From assembly GCF_009914755.1 (NCBI RefSeq), contig NC_060928.1: a DNA stretch of 64,000 bases. One strand, given 5' to 3'. The notes under the pieces were generated by a model, which did not search any database, was not told the origin of the DNA, and worked only from the letters and a program-made list of their open reading frames with translations. This DNA is from the human T2T-CHM13v2.0 reference genome, Homo sapiens. Below, piece after piece: positions 1-14,064 of this stretch (positions are counted from its first letter, which is position 1; the number at the start of each line of letters is the position of its first letter). The translations under genes and the position numbers were made by a program.

Positions 1-2189
1 GAGAGACTGTGAATAGTTAGGAATATGGATAGCAGCACACACCCGTAACTTCAAAGGAGCCTGAGAATAATGAGAGGAGCACACAGACTATTTGTTGAGC
101 CCTCCCTGCCTCTGCCACAGTATTTAATCCTGTTTTGTACAACATCAGACATTCTGTCTACATCTTTAATATAGTATAGATAGTTTAATAATCACAATTA
201 ATAGTTTTCTGGGCACTTTACCTGGGATAGCAGCAATTTTAACAGGGATTCTTGCTTATTTTGTGACCTCCCATGCGAGGAATGATGGAGCTAGATGCTA
301 TATGTGTCTGTGGCTGGGGTGTCATGACCATAAATGGGAAATGTACTTTGTTAGAGAGTTAATGCCAACACAAACAAAATTACTCTCATGTTGAAGTGTT
401 TAGCTTCATATTATTAGACCATGAGAGCCTGTTATCTTTCCATTTGTATTCAAGAGCCAGGAAGCTCTTGTGTCTGTAAGCATAAATAAATTGGACTTGA
501 ATTTGAAAAAGCATATGCCTTTCATATGTAACCAATTGTAACCATAAAATCCAGGAAACATGTAAATACTTTAACTGCCAATTATGTCTTTGAGTGTCTT
601 TTTTTAATTAAAATTGTGTCTACTAATATATAGCAACAAGCTTACAAGGTAACGGCTAGAAACCCTCAGAAATTAATTGGTTGACTAAGCATCCCCTCTA
701 CATTTAAGTCCTAAATCAAATTCACCTTCTATTGTTATTTATCAACTCTCACAATTTCAAAAACAGGCCAAAATTTGAGTCATATCTCTGACAAGGATGA
801 GTGTATTTATTGACTTGATAGAACAGGAGATGTAAGTCAGAATTTATGAGAGCTAGCTGTTTTCTCCATGTCTGGCTAGCTTTAGCAATTTAACACATGC
901 AAGTTAAATGTAATGAGAATCATTTTCTTAGCCTTAAAACTTCTATGGTGTTACATTATGAGGAAATTCTACGCATAGTGGTAAGGTGAAGATGGGAAAT
1001 TTGACTATGTATGTGCTTCTGATCGGTGAAGACATGTTTGCAAAGCCTTTGCATTCACATTGGATTTGCACATGCCAGGATACATATACTGTCCTTGTGA
1101 AGGCGCTGCATTCCATTCGCCCTTCCCTTATCTCATTCCTCCTCCTCATCCCAGGCAGAAATGTCAAATGACTCTCTGGGAACTTCCTGAAAGCTCCCTC
1201 CTCTTCCACAAGAAAACCTGCTCCTCTTGCTCTGATGTTGGAGTAAAAGGCTACCATTACAACTATAGTGCTTTAAAATGCCAATGAATTACGGAGTTTC
1301 TGGAATAACTGGCCCTATATTTGGGAGCAGGAAGCTGGAGTTCCCTACTGACTCTGCGGCATTCAAATAAAGAACAGAACAATTATATTTTATACCCCAA
1401 AATGACATAAAGGAAAACGAAAACAAGCCTGTTTCCCATGTGGCAGCCTGCACAGTGAAGGCCATTGTTCCCTGGCAACTCCAATAGATACACACCCGCT
1501 TTGCCGGATCAACTGGCTATTCCTCGGTTTACAGGCATGAAGTCACAGTAAGGAAGGTCACATCCCTTGGGTGATTTTCTTCTTTGGTTGCACTGGGCTA
1601 TTTCCTGATATACCTAATGTGCTTGAATTCAAACGAGAAGGAGGAAAGAGACTCTTGCTGATACATTTATTTTATCCTTGAGAGAAATAATCTCTCAAGA
1701 CAAGTGAAGAAAGATGCTGTGAACTGGATTACAGGTCATTTTATAGTCAAATCATCCAGGCAACTGGCAGTGTTTTGGCCTGTTTCCTGTAAAATAGTTT
1801 AAAAACCTGTAGATTCTCAAAAGAATTGATCGATTTATTCATAAAGACAGCGCTCAAGAGAACTGTGCAGTTTAGGAGATGCTGTGGGGATAAATGAAAA
1901 TCGCTGGGAAACACATTAAACAAAAGCATAACACATTTGTAAGGAAATAAACACTTGCTAGTGTGAATGCCTGCGTCCTATTTATTAGTCAAGCCAAACA
2001 AATTAGGCCTATTCCCTGCTAGGAACAAGTGCTACATGGCCCCGTGGCACCTCCCACACCCCTGTGACTTTTCTGAAGTAAGCTTCAGGAACTTATTTCC
2101 ATCTTCATTTTATTATCTTATTGTCTAACAAGCCCTTCTGTCTTCTCCACTGCAGAAGCCACAGTAAGGAGGAATTAAAGTAAAATCAC

Positions 2190-2511
<322 letters not shown>

Positions 2512-4097
2512 TTAAGTCCTAATGTCATAGGCACAGGCAGTTCATAGTAGGCATAGATTTTTACTCTTAACATGTGATAATATGAAGGGACAAGAGAGAG
2601 GTGCAAAAATATCAGCCCCAACAGTTTGTGTCAATGTCTCATTGTTAAAAGCTTAGGCCTAGACATCTATTGAATGTTTGCCATGGCCCAGGCATTATGC
2701 CATGAGTTAAGGATAGAAAATGAATATGTTCCTCTTAAAGTACGAAAATTCTGCACACTGCACAGCAATCTGTTTTGCTCTGCCTCAGAGTTTACCTGTC
2801 TGAAGCATTATTATTGTTAGCTGTACCTTGTCTGGCTCTCACTTTCCTGGTGGTAACCTTGGGTGAGTGCCATTCATGACTGCTGAAAAAAACACAAATA
2901 AGTGATTGGGTACCTGGCAATACAGTGCACCTCATCGGCCATTAGACAGATATCGATTTGACCCTTTCCAACAGAGAGGCCATCCTTGGAGAACAGCACT
3001 AGAAAGTCTTTAAGGAGGACAGATGAAATGACTGAGTTAGAGCCTGAGGCATCATCCAGAATAAGACGCCCGCACTGGAGGAGAGCTCAGGCCCTGGTCC
3101 TGAATGTCTGGGTCTCTAAGAATAGCAGCTACAAGAGAAGGAGGAGAGCTCTCACAGGGTAGAGGAAGGTACTGAAGACAATCTCACCTAGTTTACAGCA
3201 ATGTCACAGTGCCACCTTATTTATGAATATCTGTGCTGTAAATACAATTAAAAATAGTTCATGAAGAAGACAAATATTTCCATCTTAACTTCCCATAAAA
3301 TAAAATACAGACATTTTAGGAGAGATACCTTGGCTTATCAGTGAAAATAGAAGTTCTCCAAATGGGGTCAACGAGTGGATTGATCACAGCATTTGACATT
3401 TGGTATTTGAAGCTAGCAATACTTTTATTTCTGGCATTTAATAATTTTTTTTTCATTTGTGGCTCAAATTTACTTTTTTATCTGTTTATAAGAGAATATA
3501 CACTTTCTGGAGCTCTTCTCTCCTGAACAAAGGTAAGCAGCAGATCCAAAAAATGTGAATGTTTCTCCTGGGAAGGCGTGGATTTCTGCTTTGGACATCG
3601 TTCTGAAACCTGAGATTTTTGCAAAGCCAACTCAATTCATCAGGACCACAGCTAACCACTCACCCTGCTGTTCATTTCGGACTTAGAAAGAAGGCTGTCA
3701 CTCTCGAACACACTGCCATCTTTTGACCATGAGAAGTATCACAAAGAGAAAAAGAAAGACCTTGTTACTGGTTACTTGCATCAGTCTACTAAATGGAAGC
3801 AATGTTGATGCAACGACCCACTCTACTGTTGTTAGTTCTTTGGAATTTATAAGACAAAACAAGATAAAGTGAAATGGAGCAGTGCTTCATGAATTTGCTA
3901 ACAAATAATTCACTTTCCAGCAATTTGAGCCCACACCAGGGACTCCATTGTTGAATCTGTTAATATATTAACATTACTACAACACCTTTCTTGTTTTCAT
4001 TGTGTGTATGATGCTATAAAACAGAAATGTACAATATAATTTTCCCAAGGGACATATGTTTTTGGAGTCTTACAGCTCATTACATCAGATACATGTG

Positions 4098-4440
4098 CTA
4101 TTCATGCAACAGATATTTTTGAGTATTTACTACACGCCAAGCTGTGTTCTAAATGGTGGAGATGCAGAGGTGAACAAGACAGATATGATATCTGCCCTCA
4201 GGGATGTGACAGTTTACTGTGAGCATTGGACATACGGGAGAAAGGCTAATTTGAAAAAGCATAAGATGACTTAAGAGTAAGAAGTTAATTTAAATCAATA
4301 TCAAAGTTTGCCTCCTGAAGAGATGCCATTTAAGTGAGGACCAGAAGGAGGACCGAAAGTTAGCAAGATCAAAGTAGAAGAAGGTAGCAGGGGATGCTTT
4401 CTAGAAAAATGAGTCAATCTGTGTAGATACAGCATGAAAC
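4098..4440 (-). mobile_element. L2 LINE 3' fragment
   Basis: ATTCATGCAACAGATATTTTTGAGTATTTACTAC...GGAGATGCAGAGGTGAACAAGACAGA...TGCCCTCAGGGA matches the antisense L2 3' end. Confidence 0.8.
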
Positions 4441-4549
4441 ATGAGCTAATGGATTATCAAATGAGTTCTTGATTTACATAAGATGCCTCAAACTAATATT
4501 TAAAATTTACATTTTTATCTCCTAAAATATAATATCGAACATAGTGCAT

Positions 4550-4782
4550 AAGCATAGTTATGGGAGGTGGTGGTTAAAGCATAGGGCTTTGAAGTTTCAG
4601 GGACTTGAATTCAAATCCAATTAGCTCTACAACTTTAAGCAATTTACTTATCAGAGACTATTTATCTCTAAAATGGGAATGATTAAATCAAAATTTGCTA
4701 ATATCTTATCATGTTTCAAATGAGTAAATATATTTAACAGCCTAGCTCAGAGTCACACAGAATGCAGGTACTCAATAAATAA
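4550..4782 (+). mobile_element. MIR SINE
   Basis: GTGGTTAAAGCATAGGGCTTTGAAG...TTGAATTCAAATCC...CTCTAAAATGGGAATGAT...GGTACTCAATAAAT follows the MIR consensus order. Confidence 0.75.
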
Positions 4783-5427
4783 CACATTGTCTTTTCATCT
4801 TAATTTCTTGGGGATTCTAACTTTAGAAGGCTCATTCTCCTATTGCAGGTTTCCTGTCTTTAGAAGGCTCAGTCAATCACCATTATGAACATATTGTTTA
4901 AAGGGCCATTTTGATTACAGTTTTGTGAATAGTGTGTGGCCACATATGATGCCTCATTAATTCCCTAAAATTTATTGTAAATAAAATTGTTTGAGTGCAC
5001 AGCTCTAGCACATGATTGGCCAGGCTGTATTTGTTACTCATGGAACAAAGTTAAAACAAAATGGAAAGATGGGTATGTCCTTAAATAACTGAAAGTTTCT
5101 GCTTTAATTGTCCAGAACTAGTCCAATTCACTTAATAATTATACTCCTCAGTTAGCCTTAACTATGTAGAACTGGTCATAGATTGCTCCCCAAATAGCTC
5201 AAAGGTATGTGAGGTGAGGAGCAGAGCTAGTACTTCTAACCTATATTAGAATATCTTGATATGTTTGTAATCTTGTCATTCTTATCTTATAGATATACAC
5301 ACAATTTACCAATCCCAAAATATGATAATGTCATTTTTAAAACACGGCGATAGCCCATTACAAGCTAAGTCCATTTTATAAAATTTAAATGTTTTTCATT
5401 AAATAGTACTCTTGTATTGAGACATTA

Positions 5428-5620
5428 AAATGTTAAAGCTGGAAGAGATCTTAGCAATTATCTGGTATATTCTATGTTATCTGGTAAATTCATATTTAAT
5501 ATGTTCTACAGATTAAAAAACTAAGGCACACACGGTAGCTTTTCCTAGAGCTAGTGGATATTGGGGATTCTCATGCAGAGGTCCTGGCTCCCAAATCGAT
5601 GTATTTTCTACCGGTTTACA
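5428..5620 (-). mobile_element. MIR (MIRc/MIR3-like) fragment
   Basis: AATGTTAAAGCTGGAAGAGATCTTAG...TACAGATTAAAAAACTAAGGC resembles the antisense MIR core. Confidence 0.6.
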
Positions 5621-7319
5621 CTGTACCCACATTACACACTGGTAATCTATATATAGGGTAGCTGTTTCATCTGAAACAAATGTTATAAAATATAATTGAT
5701 TAAAATAGATTCTAAAATAGCATTATTTTTCTAAGTATTAATAATAATTTAAGTAGTGCTTTTGCATTCCCAACTAGAATAATTTTTACCAAGTACTCCT
5801 TCAAATAACACTGAGAGGTAGATCGTTAAGCATTAGTTCATTCAACAAATATTTACTGAGCATCTGGAGTTTGTAAGACACCATATTAAGTCACTGATTC
5901 CTATCCTATTTTATTAACCAAGTTACAGAAAGGGGAAAGGGAATGTTTACAGGAACAAGTCATCAAACACCTTTGCTCAGTTTCGCCATGTCCTAAACTA
6001 TTCTGATAGCTTGCATCTGTATAGCATTTTACAGTCTCAAAGCACGTTTTCATGACATGAATTCTCATATCACATTATTTTAGCCTTTATGACTCCTGAA
6101 CTTTCACCCTGCTTTTATTGTCCATGGTGTTGATGTCATTGATCTTGCCCTTAGGTTTTAAGTTCATAAAAACTGAGGCTATTTTAAACACCATCGAATC
6201 TTTCACAGTGTCTAACCCACTTTCTTAAGTACAGTAGGTACCTGATATTTAATGAGTGAATGAATGACATTTCATTTGATCCTTACAAGCATAGCAGGCA
6301 TGATTATCTCCATGAAAGAAGACAATGCTGTACCATAGGGAGATTAATTCCTGATTCTAGCTGTTAGAAAGCCTGAGGGTTCCTTATTGGATCTCTTTCT
6401 CCTTTAACTCTTAAGCAAAATTCTGTGGCAGTCCTCACTTATAAAAGAATCATTTCTTCTACTACTACTACTATTACATAAGCCACTAAATAAGATATTG
6501 TGTTCATATTTGTTAAACTATCTGATTGTTTAAGTATGAGTTTATTTTTCTTACACAAGTGGCGGAATAATATTTGTCTGGTTTCTTACTGTAATGCCCA
6601 GTTTTATTGCTAGGAAGGTGATTGTGACAAGGATGATACTAGGTTCTCTGGCAGACAGTAAGAGATATAGAAGATACATTTTGCATATGCCATCAGTGCC
6701 ACTTGAGTCCTGTTTTTCATTTACTGTAATCAACTTCCTCTTCCCTCTGATGAGTTTTAAAGGAATGAGAATATGGCACCTCCACCCCCTATAATTGGTT
6801 GCAGCTGAACTCTTAGCAAGTGAAACAACTCACATGGCTTAACAAGGATATGGGGATTGCAGTGAAAGACTTTCTTCAAAAACAAAACTTGTTAGGGAGA
6901 CATCTAAACACCAGCTTAAACTTATGTAAGTTTCTTAAAAACAGAAGAGCTTATTCTTCTATGGATAAAGAAATAGATTTTCTTTGTGAATTTCTAATGA
7001 TCATACTGAACATAAAAGAAACTCTTAAAGAAAACTTCAATCATGACCCTTCTTTTAGTTCTGAACTAATTTTATCCTGCCAAAACCAAGTAAAAGCAAA
7101 TGTACACTTTCAGATTGGTACAACTAAAATCAGAAGTAGAAACATTTTAAAGTTATATATTTTTAATATAGAAAGGTTTTTGTTTGTTTTACTTTTATAT
7201 TATTTAAGGAATGTTAACCCAGTTCTAAATTTCACACTCTTGTTCCTTAAGGAGGACTTTACTTCCTTTATGGGAGCAATCAGATGTGAGCAATACCTCA
7301 CATTATCCTGTGCTTTGTA

Positions 7320-7505
7320 GTTTCAGAAGCATTTGCATATATGTTATCTCACTTGACCCTTTTGCCTGTGAAGTTGGCTGGAAGGTATCATTGCAGATGG
7401 GAAAAGTGAAACTGGGAACTTTGGTGGCTTGCCTTAGGTCAAACAATTGGTAAGTGGTCAAGTCAGGCCTTGAACTTAAGTCTCTAGACGTTAAACCCAG
7501 AACCT
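7320..7505 (-). mobile_element. MIR SINE
   Basis: Antisense MIR core: ATCTCACTTGACCC...CAGATGGGAAAAGTGAAACTG...GCTTGCCTTAGGTCAAACAATTGGTAAGTGG...CTTGAACTTAAGTCT. Confidence 0.75.
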
Positions 7506-8002
7506 TAAATGGGTGAGCATAAAAAGGAATGAACTGCAAATAACAAATCTAACTATTTGGTGAATAAAATCAATTTACACGAAAAGAATTCAAAATTATC
7601 AGCTAAAATTACCGGTTCCATGGATGAGGTACTAGGTGTGAATACGTGTGTTAGAATACACAGTTTTAAAGGCCAAGAAGAAGCATATATAGCCCCAGAT
7701 AAAATAAAAAAAAGTTTATACTTACTGATAAACTGAGCAGATATAAACTTCAATAATTGTTGGCTAGATTGACCTAATTGTTGGCCTATGTATGTGTTCA
7801 GTCATTTACATTGGCTTCATAAGTACCGGTGTCTAAATTCTACTAGTTTATTTTTTCAGTAATCAGTTCAGTTTGACCAATGTGTATTAATTGATGCTGT
7901 TACTGTATGCTTGTTTTTCAATATTAGGCTTTTTATACTTATGTATATGCAGAATCTTATATTCAACAATATGACACTGAACAAGATTAGATGTGAAATT
8001 AC

Positions 8003-8160
8003 ATGGTTAAAAGTGTGGGCTCAGGCTGTGTGAACTTGGCCAAGTAATCCGACCCTCAGAATGAAGATAGTAATAGTATACATCTAACTGGCTTGCAGTA
8101 ATGATTAAATGAACCGATGATATGTAAACTACTTGGTTTCTGGCATATGGCAAATATGAT
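8003..8160 (+). mobile_element. MIR SINE, internally deleted
   Basis: GGTTAAAAGTGTGGGCTC/GCTGTGTGAACTTGGCCAAGT...GATTAAATGA...CTGGCATATGG. Confidence 0.6.
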
Positions 8161-8739
8161 ATAAATATGACCTGTGGCCTTTGTATAGAATTTATTGTGT
8201 AGATATTTAATTATATTATTGTCTTGGAGTTGAGAACACTACACAATATTTAAATCATTTTTTGAAAAATTGCCTCAATGTTACAATTGCAATAAACTTT
8301 AATCAAATTAAAGTTATGCATAAAGTTTTATAAAAATTGATTTTTCCAAAATCATTATAACTTTAACAGATGGTGGTGTTAGATTTTGTGTACACTAGGT
8401 GGCATCTGGTGTGAAAAACTGTCTTTCCTTTTACGAATTTCTTGCTCTTTGGATTTAGTAAGTGTGATTTAAGATTTCAGTGCCTTGGATTCCCCTTTGC
8501 AAGGTGACAACTGTGGTGGAGTCACTTCTACCTGAGAATGTTAATTCACTACATCTACTCTTTATTAAGGTGAAGAGAAAGTTCTAGTAATATCAAATGT
8601 GATTGCCTGTAATATGAGAAATGAAAAAGAAACTTTTGCAAATTGAAATCTGAAGGAAAATAAAATTTTGGATTCTGTAAGATTGTCTCCTCTAAATAAC
8701 ATTGTACTATATATAATTCATTTAATTTTTAGTCCGACT

Positions 8740-8778
8740 GTCTGTGTGTGTGTGAGAGAGAGAGAGAAAGAGAAACAG
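8740..8778. repeat. (TG)n(AG)n compound microsatellite
   Basis: Directly visible TGTGTGTGTGTGAGAGAGAGAGAGAAAGAG. Confidence 0.85.
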
Positions 8779-9749
8779 AATTGAATGTGTGTAAAGAGAA
8801 CATGAATTTTCTGGTACTACTTATTTAGCAAAGGGTTGAAAAGCCACTGTATTCAGAATAAGTATGATGAAATGAGGTTGGAAATTTAAAATAATGAAAA
8901 AGTTTTAAAACAACCATCATAATTAATTCAATAGAATATCAAAAACAGATGAATGGAAGAAATGCTCAGCTTCATAAGGAATAAGTGATGTTGACAGCAT
9001 GATTTTGTTTTGTTTTGGATCCCATTATGCCACTTTGTGACTTTTCTTGGGGGGGCAGGGGCTATGTTTGGCTGTGTCAGAGGGATGAGAAAGAGTGGCT
9101 TCCTTCTTGAAATAAAATCATAGCTGCATAGAGCCAATTACTTCCAGAAAAGGAGAAATGAAGTCGTAGTAGAGGAGGAGGCTGAAGACTTAGGGGCTTT
9201 GATGAAGCTAAAGAGCAGGTACCATGGGTATTAGGAACTGGAAGAGGTGGGAGAAAAGATTACAGGCAGAGAGAGGAATTGTATGTGGAAACATTGTGGG
9301 TGGAGCAGTGCTGAATAATGTTGAAGTCAACATTATGGTGATGTGAGTGGGCAACTGGCATGAAATGGATAGAGAGATCTCTGAATGGAAAATGGGAAAC
9401 TAAAAGACTTGAGTATCAGAGGGTAACTAACGTTAAGAGAAAACTTCCCAAGCATGTTGGCTGGGATTGGAGTGGAGCGAAACACAAAGGCAGATGCTAG
9501 CATCATTGAGAAAGGTGAAAATACTCACAGTAAAGCATACTTATGAGGGGGACCACATTTTCCACTAAAGTATACATTAATAAGGCAGCTGCTCTGTTGA
9601 AAGAAAGAGGAGAGAGCTGTGTGTGGAAAGCTCTCTACTGCTGCTACTTCTTCACTTTGGGTTATTCACTTAACTTCTCTACATTTGATTTCTTCACTAT
9701 GTTCTAGGGCATGTTTAGAAATATTTGTCAATTTCCCACCCATGTGAAA

Positions 9750-10400
9750 ATATATAGACAGGGGAAAGAGAAAATGGGAAGGCACTTTAGGAAGCTATCA
9801 CAGTTTTCCAGATAGCAGATGGTGGTGGCTTGAGTTATGATGGTAGCAGTGAGTATTCTACACAGTTTTAAAAAATAGAACTTAACAGAGAAGAAATAGT
9901 CAAGGTGAATTTCCAGACTTCTGCTGCCTTTTACTAAAATAAGAATGACAGGAGAAGGAATAAATTGGGAAAAAATCAAAAGTTCACTTCTATACATGTT
10001 CTGTGAAAAACATCCAAACAGAAAGGTCAATGGGGAAGTAGAATATAATGATTCTTGTAGTCAAAAGTCTGGGCTCAATATGTAAATATAACATTAATTA
10101 TTTTATAGATGATATTTAAAATAATAAGAATAGATTAAATCACTAGGGGAAAAGTACAGGGAGAGAGGAGAAGAGAACCTAGTACAAACCCTGTGGAATT
10201 ACATCTGGAAATATCTCAGTGACCAGCAAAAGACACTAAGAATGAGTGGACCAGAGAATTAAAAGGAAAACTAGGAAAGCATGGGCTTATGAAAGTCAAG
10301 AAAGGAGAGCATTTTCAGTCAAACGCTGTACATAAGACCAGTAAGATGAATGCAAGGACAGGTGAGTGGGCGTGGTGAGCTTGGTGTGAGCAGTTCCACC
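9750..10400 (-). mobile_element. L2 LINE fragment
   Basis: Antisense L2 body motifs: TTAGGAAGCTATCACAGTTTTCCAG...GATGGTGGTGGCTTGA; GACCAGCAAAAGACACTAAGAATGAGTGGACCAGAGA; TGAAAGTCAAGAAAGGAGAGCATTTTCAG. Confidence 0.75.
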
Positions 10401-10861
10401 AGGATACTATTATTACACAATTTCCAAGGACCAGAACCTTGACCTTGTACCTCCAGGTTCCCAACTAAAGGCTAGGGTACTGTACTTACTAGTGAATCTC
10501 CAGGACAGTCAAATACCTAGAAAAATTTAACTTTTGTTGGTTATACTAGAGTCACATATACTTTCCCTAATATCCCCTAGTTTGTTAATTCACGTTCAGC
10601 CTACAGCCACATGATTAGGTAGAGCATCAGCAAAGAGATCGGCTACTGGTACCTGTGCTTTCAGGTTCCTAAATGTCCTCAGAGGAGTTTCTGCTTAAAG
10701 AATTTCCTCTACTTTATTATAAAACTTAAAATATTTCAAGGAATAACTCAGATAGTTCCCCTTCCCACTTAAACCCTTTCTCTTCATTGCTCCATTTAAT
10801 ATACCAACCCAATATGGTGCATAACATGGGAAGAATGCAATGCTATAGTGATGCAATATGG

Positions 10862-11065
10862 TTAATAATCATTAACACGTCCACAGTACTTATGTGCCAG
10901 AGTGTTCAAAGAGCTTTGTAAACATTAACTCATTTGATCCTTACAAAAAATCTATGAAGTAGTTAGATTCTATTGTTAGTTCTATTTTACACTTGAGGAC
11001 ACCAAGGGCCAAAGAGATTAAATTTGCCCAAATCTAGCTCCACAGTCCAGATTCTTAACCATTAG
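10862..11065 (-). mobile_element. MIR SINE
   Basis: ACTTATGTGCCAG...ATTAACTCATTTGATCCTTACAAAAAATCTATGAAGTAG...ATTTTACACTTGAGGACACC...TTCTTAACCAT. Confidence 0.75.
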
Positions 11066-11854
11066 GCAACCCATAAATACTCTTTATGTGAATTCAAAGC
11101 AACCTTATAAAAGAGAACCCAAGAAGTAGGGCTTTTAAATCACATTAAACTGGCAGTAACTGCCTCCTGAAGTGCCTATGAGGACAAAGTGTGAAAACGC
11201 ATCAGATGATAAAGGCCTGAACCCTGGTTAGATCCACATCTAGGGCCTTTTCTGGGAATTCCATCAACTCATTGCCTAAACTCATTACAGGAAATTACTA
11301 AGCATTGAGATGACTCTAGTATTATGAGCTCTTAAGGTGGCCAGCCAAGGATAAAACCATACATTCAATTTTAACGGCAATCTTTACTTTGACTATGAAG
11401 TCCAACTGAGTGGGAATCCAGAACACTTTTGCTTGAGAAGCAGTTTTTTTCATTTCAATCTGTAATTTTGTTGTAAGAAAGCCATGTGGATTCTGCTGTA
11501 TGCCAGTACACCACCTCCTGGGAGTGCAAAACATATTTTGATTATTAAAAATCTCAATACTCCCAGAGAACACAAACCAGTAATATTATAATAAATGTAA
11601 AAATAAATGAATAAATAGCACACATGTTTTAGTTTCAACCTCAAAAATTTTGCCTAACATGAATATTATTTCAGATTTTGTTAACCAGGTTACATTGGCT
11701 AGCTGTGTGAATATTAGGATAAAAGCAGAATAAAAGTTATTAGTAACATAAACTGCAGAAAGCTTTGTGGTTATTGCCATGTTAGGGAAAGATATTTTTG
11801 TTCCATGGGTTTTATTCAACAGGTATAAAAAATAGCTAAGAAAACCTAATTCTC

Positions 11855-12060
11855 TTCATTCATTCACTGAATAATCATTTATTGATGCTTTACTATGTTC
11901 TAGAGATTGAGTCATAATAATGAATAAAATAGCCTCCATTTGCCAAAACCTCATAATTTGGGAAAGAGACAAATAATGAGACCACGTTAGCATGGTGTGG
12001 TGAGTTAGGCATAAACAATGTTGCTGTGGGATTGTGTGGGAAGCTGCTGGCCTATTTGAA
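11855..12060 (-). mobile_element. L2 LINE 3' fragment
   Basis: TTCATTCATTCACTGAATAATCATTTATTGATGCTTTACTATGTTCTAG matches the antisense L2 tail. Confidence 0.7.
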
Positions 12061-12384
12061 GTAGCTGGCAATAGGAAAAACTAAATCCTCCTTTTTACTC
12101 TTTATAAGTGTGACTTTTCTCCTGAGGAATGTTTGTTTTAGAGAAAACCCACAGGTAAGAGCACTTCACCATCTCTTCATCATTGCCAGGGCATCCACTG
12201 TCTAAAGCTTTAATTGGTATTGGGGCCTGCAGAAAAGCCATAAGTATATGAGAAACTGAGGGAAACAAGGTGGAAAGAAGGGATATGAGGCTGGGGTGTC
12301 TGTAAGAAAATTCAGGGCAGCTGTTATTCTTATTCAACTGATGTTTCATGTATAATGCTAAGCTCAGCAGGTTCTTCCTTAAAT

Positions 12385-12540
12385 CAGGGGTTCTTAACCA
12401 GGGGTTCGTGAATGGGCTTTAAGGGTATAGGTGAACTCCTTATACTTGTACAAAAACTGTATGCAGATTTCTGGGCAGTGTCCATGGAATGCATAAGATT
12501 CTCAAAGAAGTTCATTTTTTAAAAAAGATTAAGAATAATT
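12385..12540. mobile_element. MER103C-like hAT-Charlie DNA transposon relic
   Basis: Starts CAGGGGTTCTTAACC, has internal GATTCTCAAAG, and ends AAAAAGATTAAGAATAAT (degenerate inverted terminus). Confidence 0.7.
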
Positions 12541-12770
12541 CAGGAACAAATTTAGATTATACAGAAGAGGATGAAGCTTTAGGGGCTCTCTTTAAAAAAA
12601 ATAATACAAATTACAAATGTGAAATTGTTCATGAAAGTGACCATTATTTAGTATGACAACATAATATTCCTATTAATTAACTACCTGATACTTCTCTATA
12701 ATCCTTTTTTCAAACATTTTTGGCTGCCTATCTTTAATCACTCTTCATGTGACAGCTGCAGTTTCATTAT
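12541..12770. mobile_element. MER53-related hAT DNA transposon fragment
   Basis: TGAAGCTTTAGGGGCTCTCTTTAAAAAAAATAATACAAATTACAAATGTGAAATT resembles the MER53-family 5' portion. Exact family uncertain. Confidence 0.5.
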
Positions 12771-12984
12771 ATCTAATGTCATTGAGGTTAATACTCCTAG
12801 TTTGTAGAAATCTTCAACGTATAGAGGGTGTTTTCATAATATAAGGGTCAAAATGTTGCTTGTGATTAACTTTATTTACTGTGTTAATAATGTCCATATT
12901 TGTGAGGCAGTTTGGAGAAAACAATTCTTTCAGCATCAGTAAAATTGAGAAGTTTATGATAAAATGATGCATTAATTCTATTTC

Positions 12985-13200
12985 TTTGGTACTGTTCTAG
13001 ATGCTTTATATGTGTAATTCACTTCAATCTTACTGCAACTCTATGAGGTTGGTACTACTATAACAGTTTACAATGAGTAAACTCAGAACAGAGAAAAGCG
13101 AATAGCTTTGCCCAAAGCCACACAGCTAGGAAGCTGGTGAGTTGGGATTTACACCCAGCTACATTGACCCTAGAGACTGAGCACTTAACCACTGTGTTCC
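12985..13200 (-). mobile_element. MIR SINE
   Basis: CAACTCTATGAGGTTGGTACTACT...TTGCCCAAAGCCACACAGCTAGGAAG...GGGATTTACACCCAG...CTTAACCACTG. Confidence 0.85.
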
Positions 13201-13796
13201 ACTTTTTATAAATCTGAGTCCAAGACAGGGATGAAGATATTCCCAGTTTCTCAGGGACTGAGTTCCCACAATGTCCTGGACTTCACCATGAGCTGAGAGT
13301 GAGCAATGAAGTGATAGAAACTTCAGATACAAGGAGAAGCAGTGTGATAAAAGCAGGGACTTACACGCCACTTCACACTGGGACCACTAGGACGAACCAC
13401 ATCACAGAGTGTCCTTCAACATGTGGTGGTGGCAGCAGAGAGGAAAAGGCAATGTGGCGTGTTCAGTCAGAGAGCACCGTAAGTCACACCTTCTTGTTCC
13501 CTAAAGCGACACATGTCACTTCAACACGAGAAACTAGCACAGCAATCATAAACTTCAGCAGCAGATGTCTGTACTTCCAAAGAGCAGGAAAGATTCAGTA
13601 CCTCAGCACTAAACGCAGCAGCAACAGATGCCAACACCCAAGGACACCCCACTGGACTCCAGTGATAAACAGGGCATCAGTCCAATGCCTGGAAGGAGGA
13701 GCAAACGCGAAATAAATAGCCCCTATATTAGCCAATTAAACTGTAGTGAGAAGAAGGTATATAGAGGTAGGAAGAAAAATAGCAAAGGAAAAAGAA

Positions 13797-13990
13797 GTTT
13801 TATTCACTCATTCATTTATCAACAAGCATTTATCTATTATGCTACAGAAATTGTGCTAGTCACTAGCACAAGAAACAAAGGCAAGCAAGCTTTTGTTTTC
13901 AAACACTTACCATAAAGATGAATAATTAAACTAGCACATGAAAACATTAGCAGAAAAGAAAGGGCAAAATCAAGTGCTGTGAAGGGCGTT
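13797..13990 (-). mobile_element. L2 LINE 3' fragment
   Basis: TTCACTCATTCATTTATCAACAAGCATTTAT...TGTGCTAG antisense L2 tail. Confidence 0.6.
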
Positions 13991-14064
13991 ATAGCTGTTT
14001 TTTATGTCTAATTTATTTTAAAAGGAAGGAAGAAAAATTTCGAAATAAGTAGGACAAAATGTTA

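Noticed and set aside
6820-7320. 166-aa ORF in unique sequence
   Set aside because: GTG start, composition typical of AT-rich random ORFs, and no recognisable domain or exon boundaries.
13299-13915. 138-aa and 95-aa overlapping ORFs
   Set aside because: No recognisable homology. The second runs into an L2 tail, and the region may be decayed DNA-transposon sequence.
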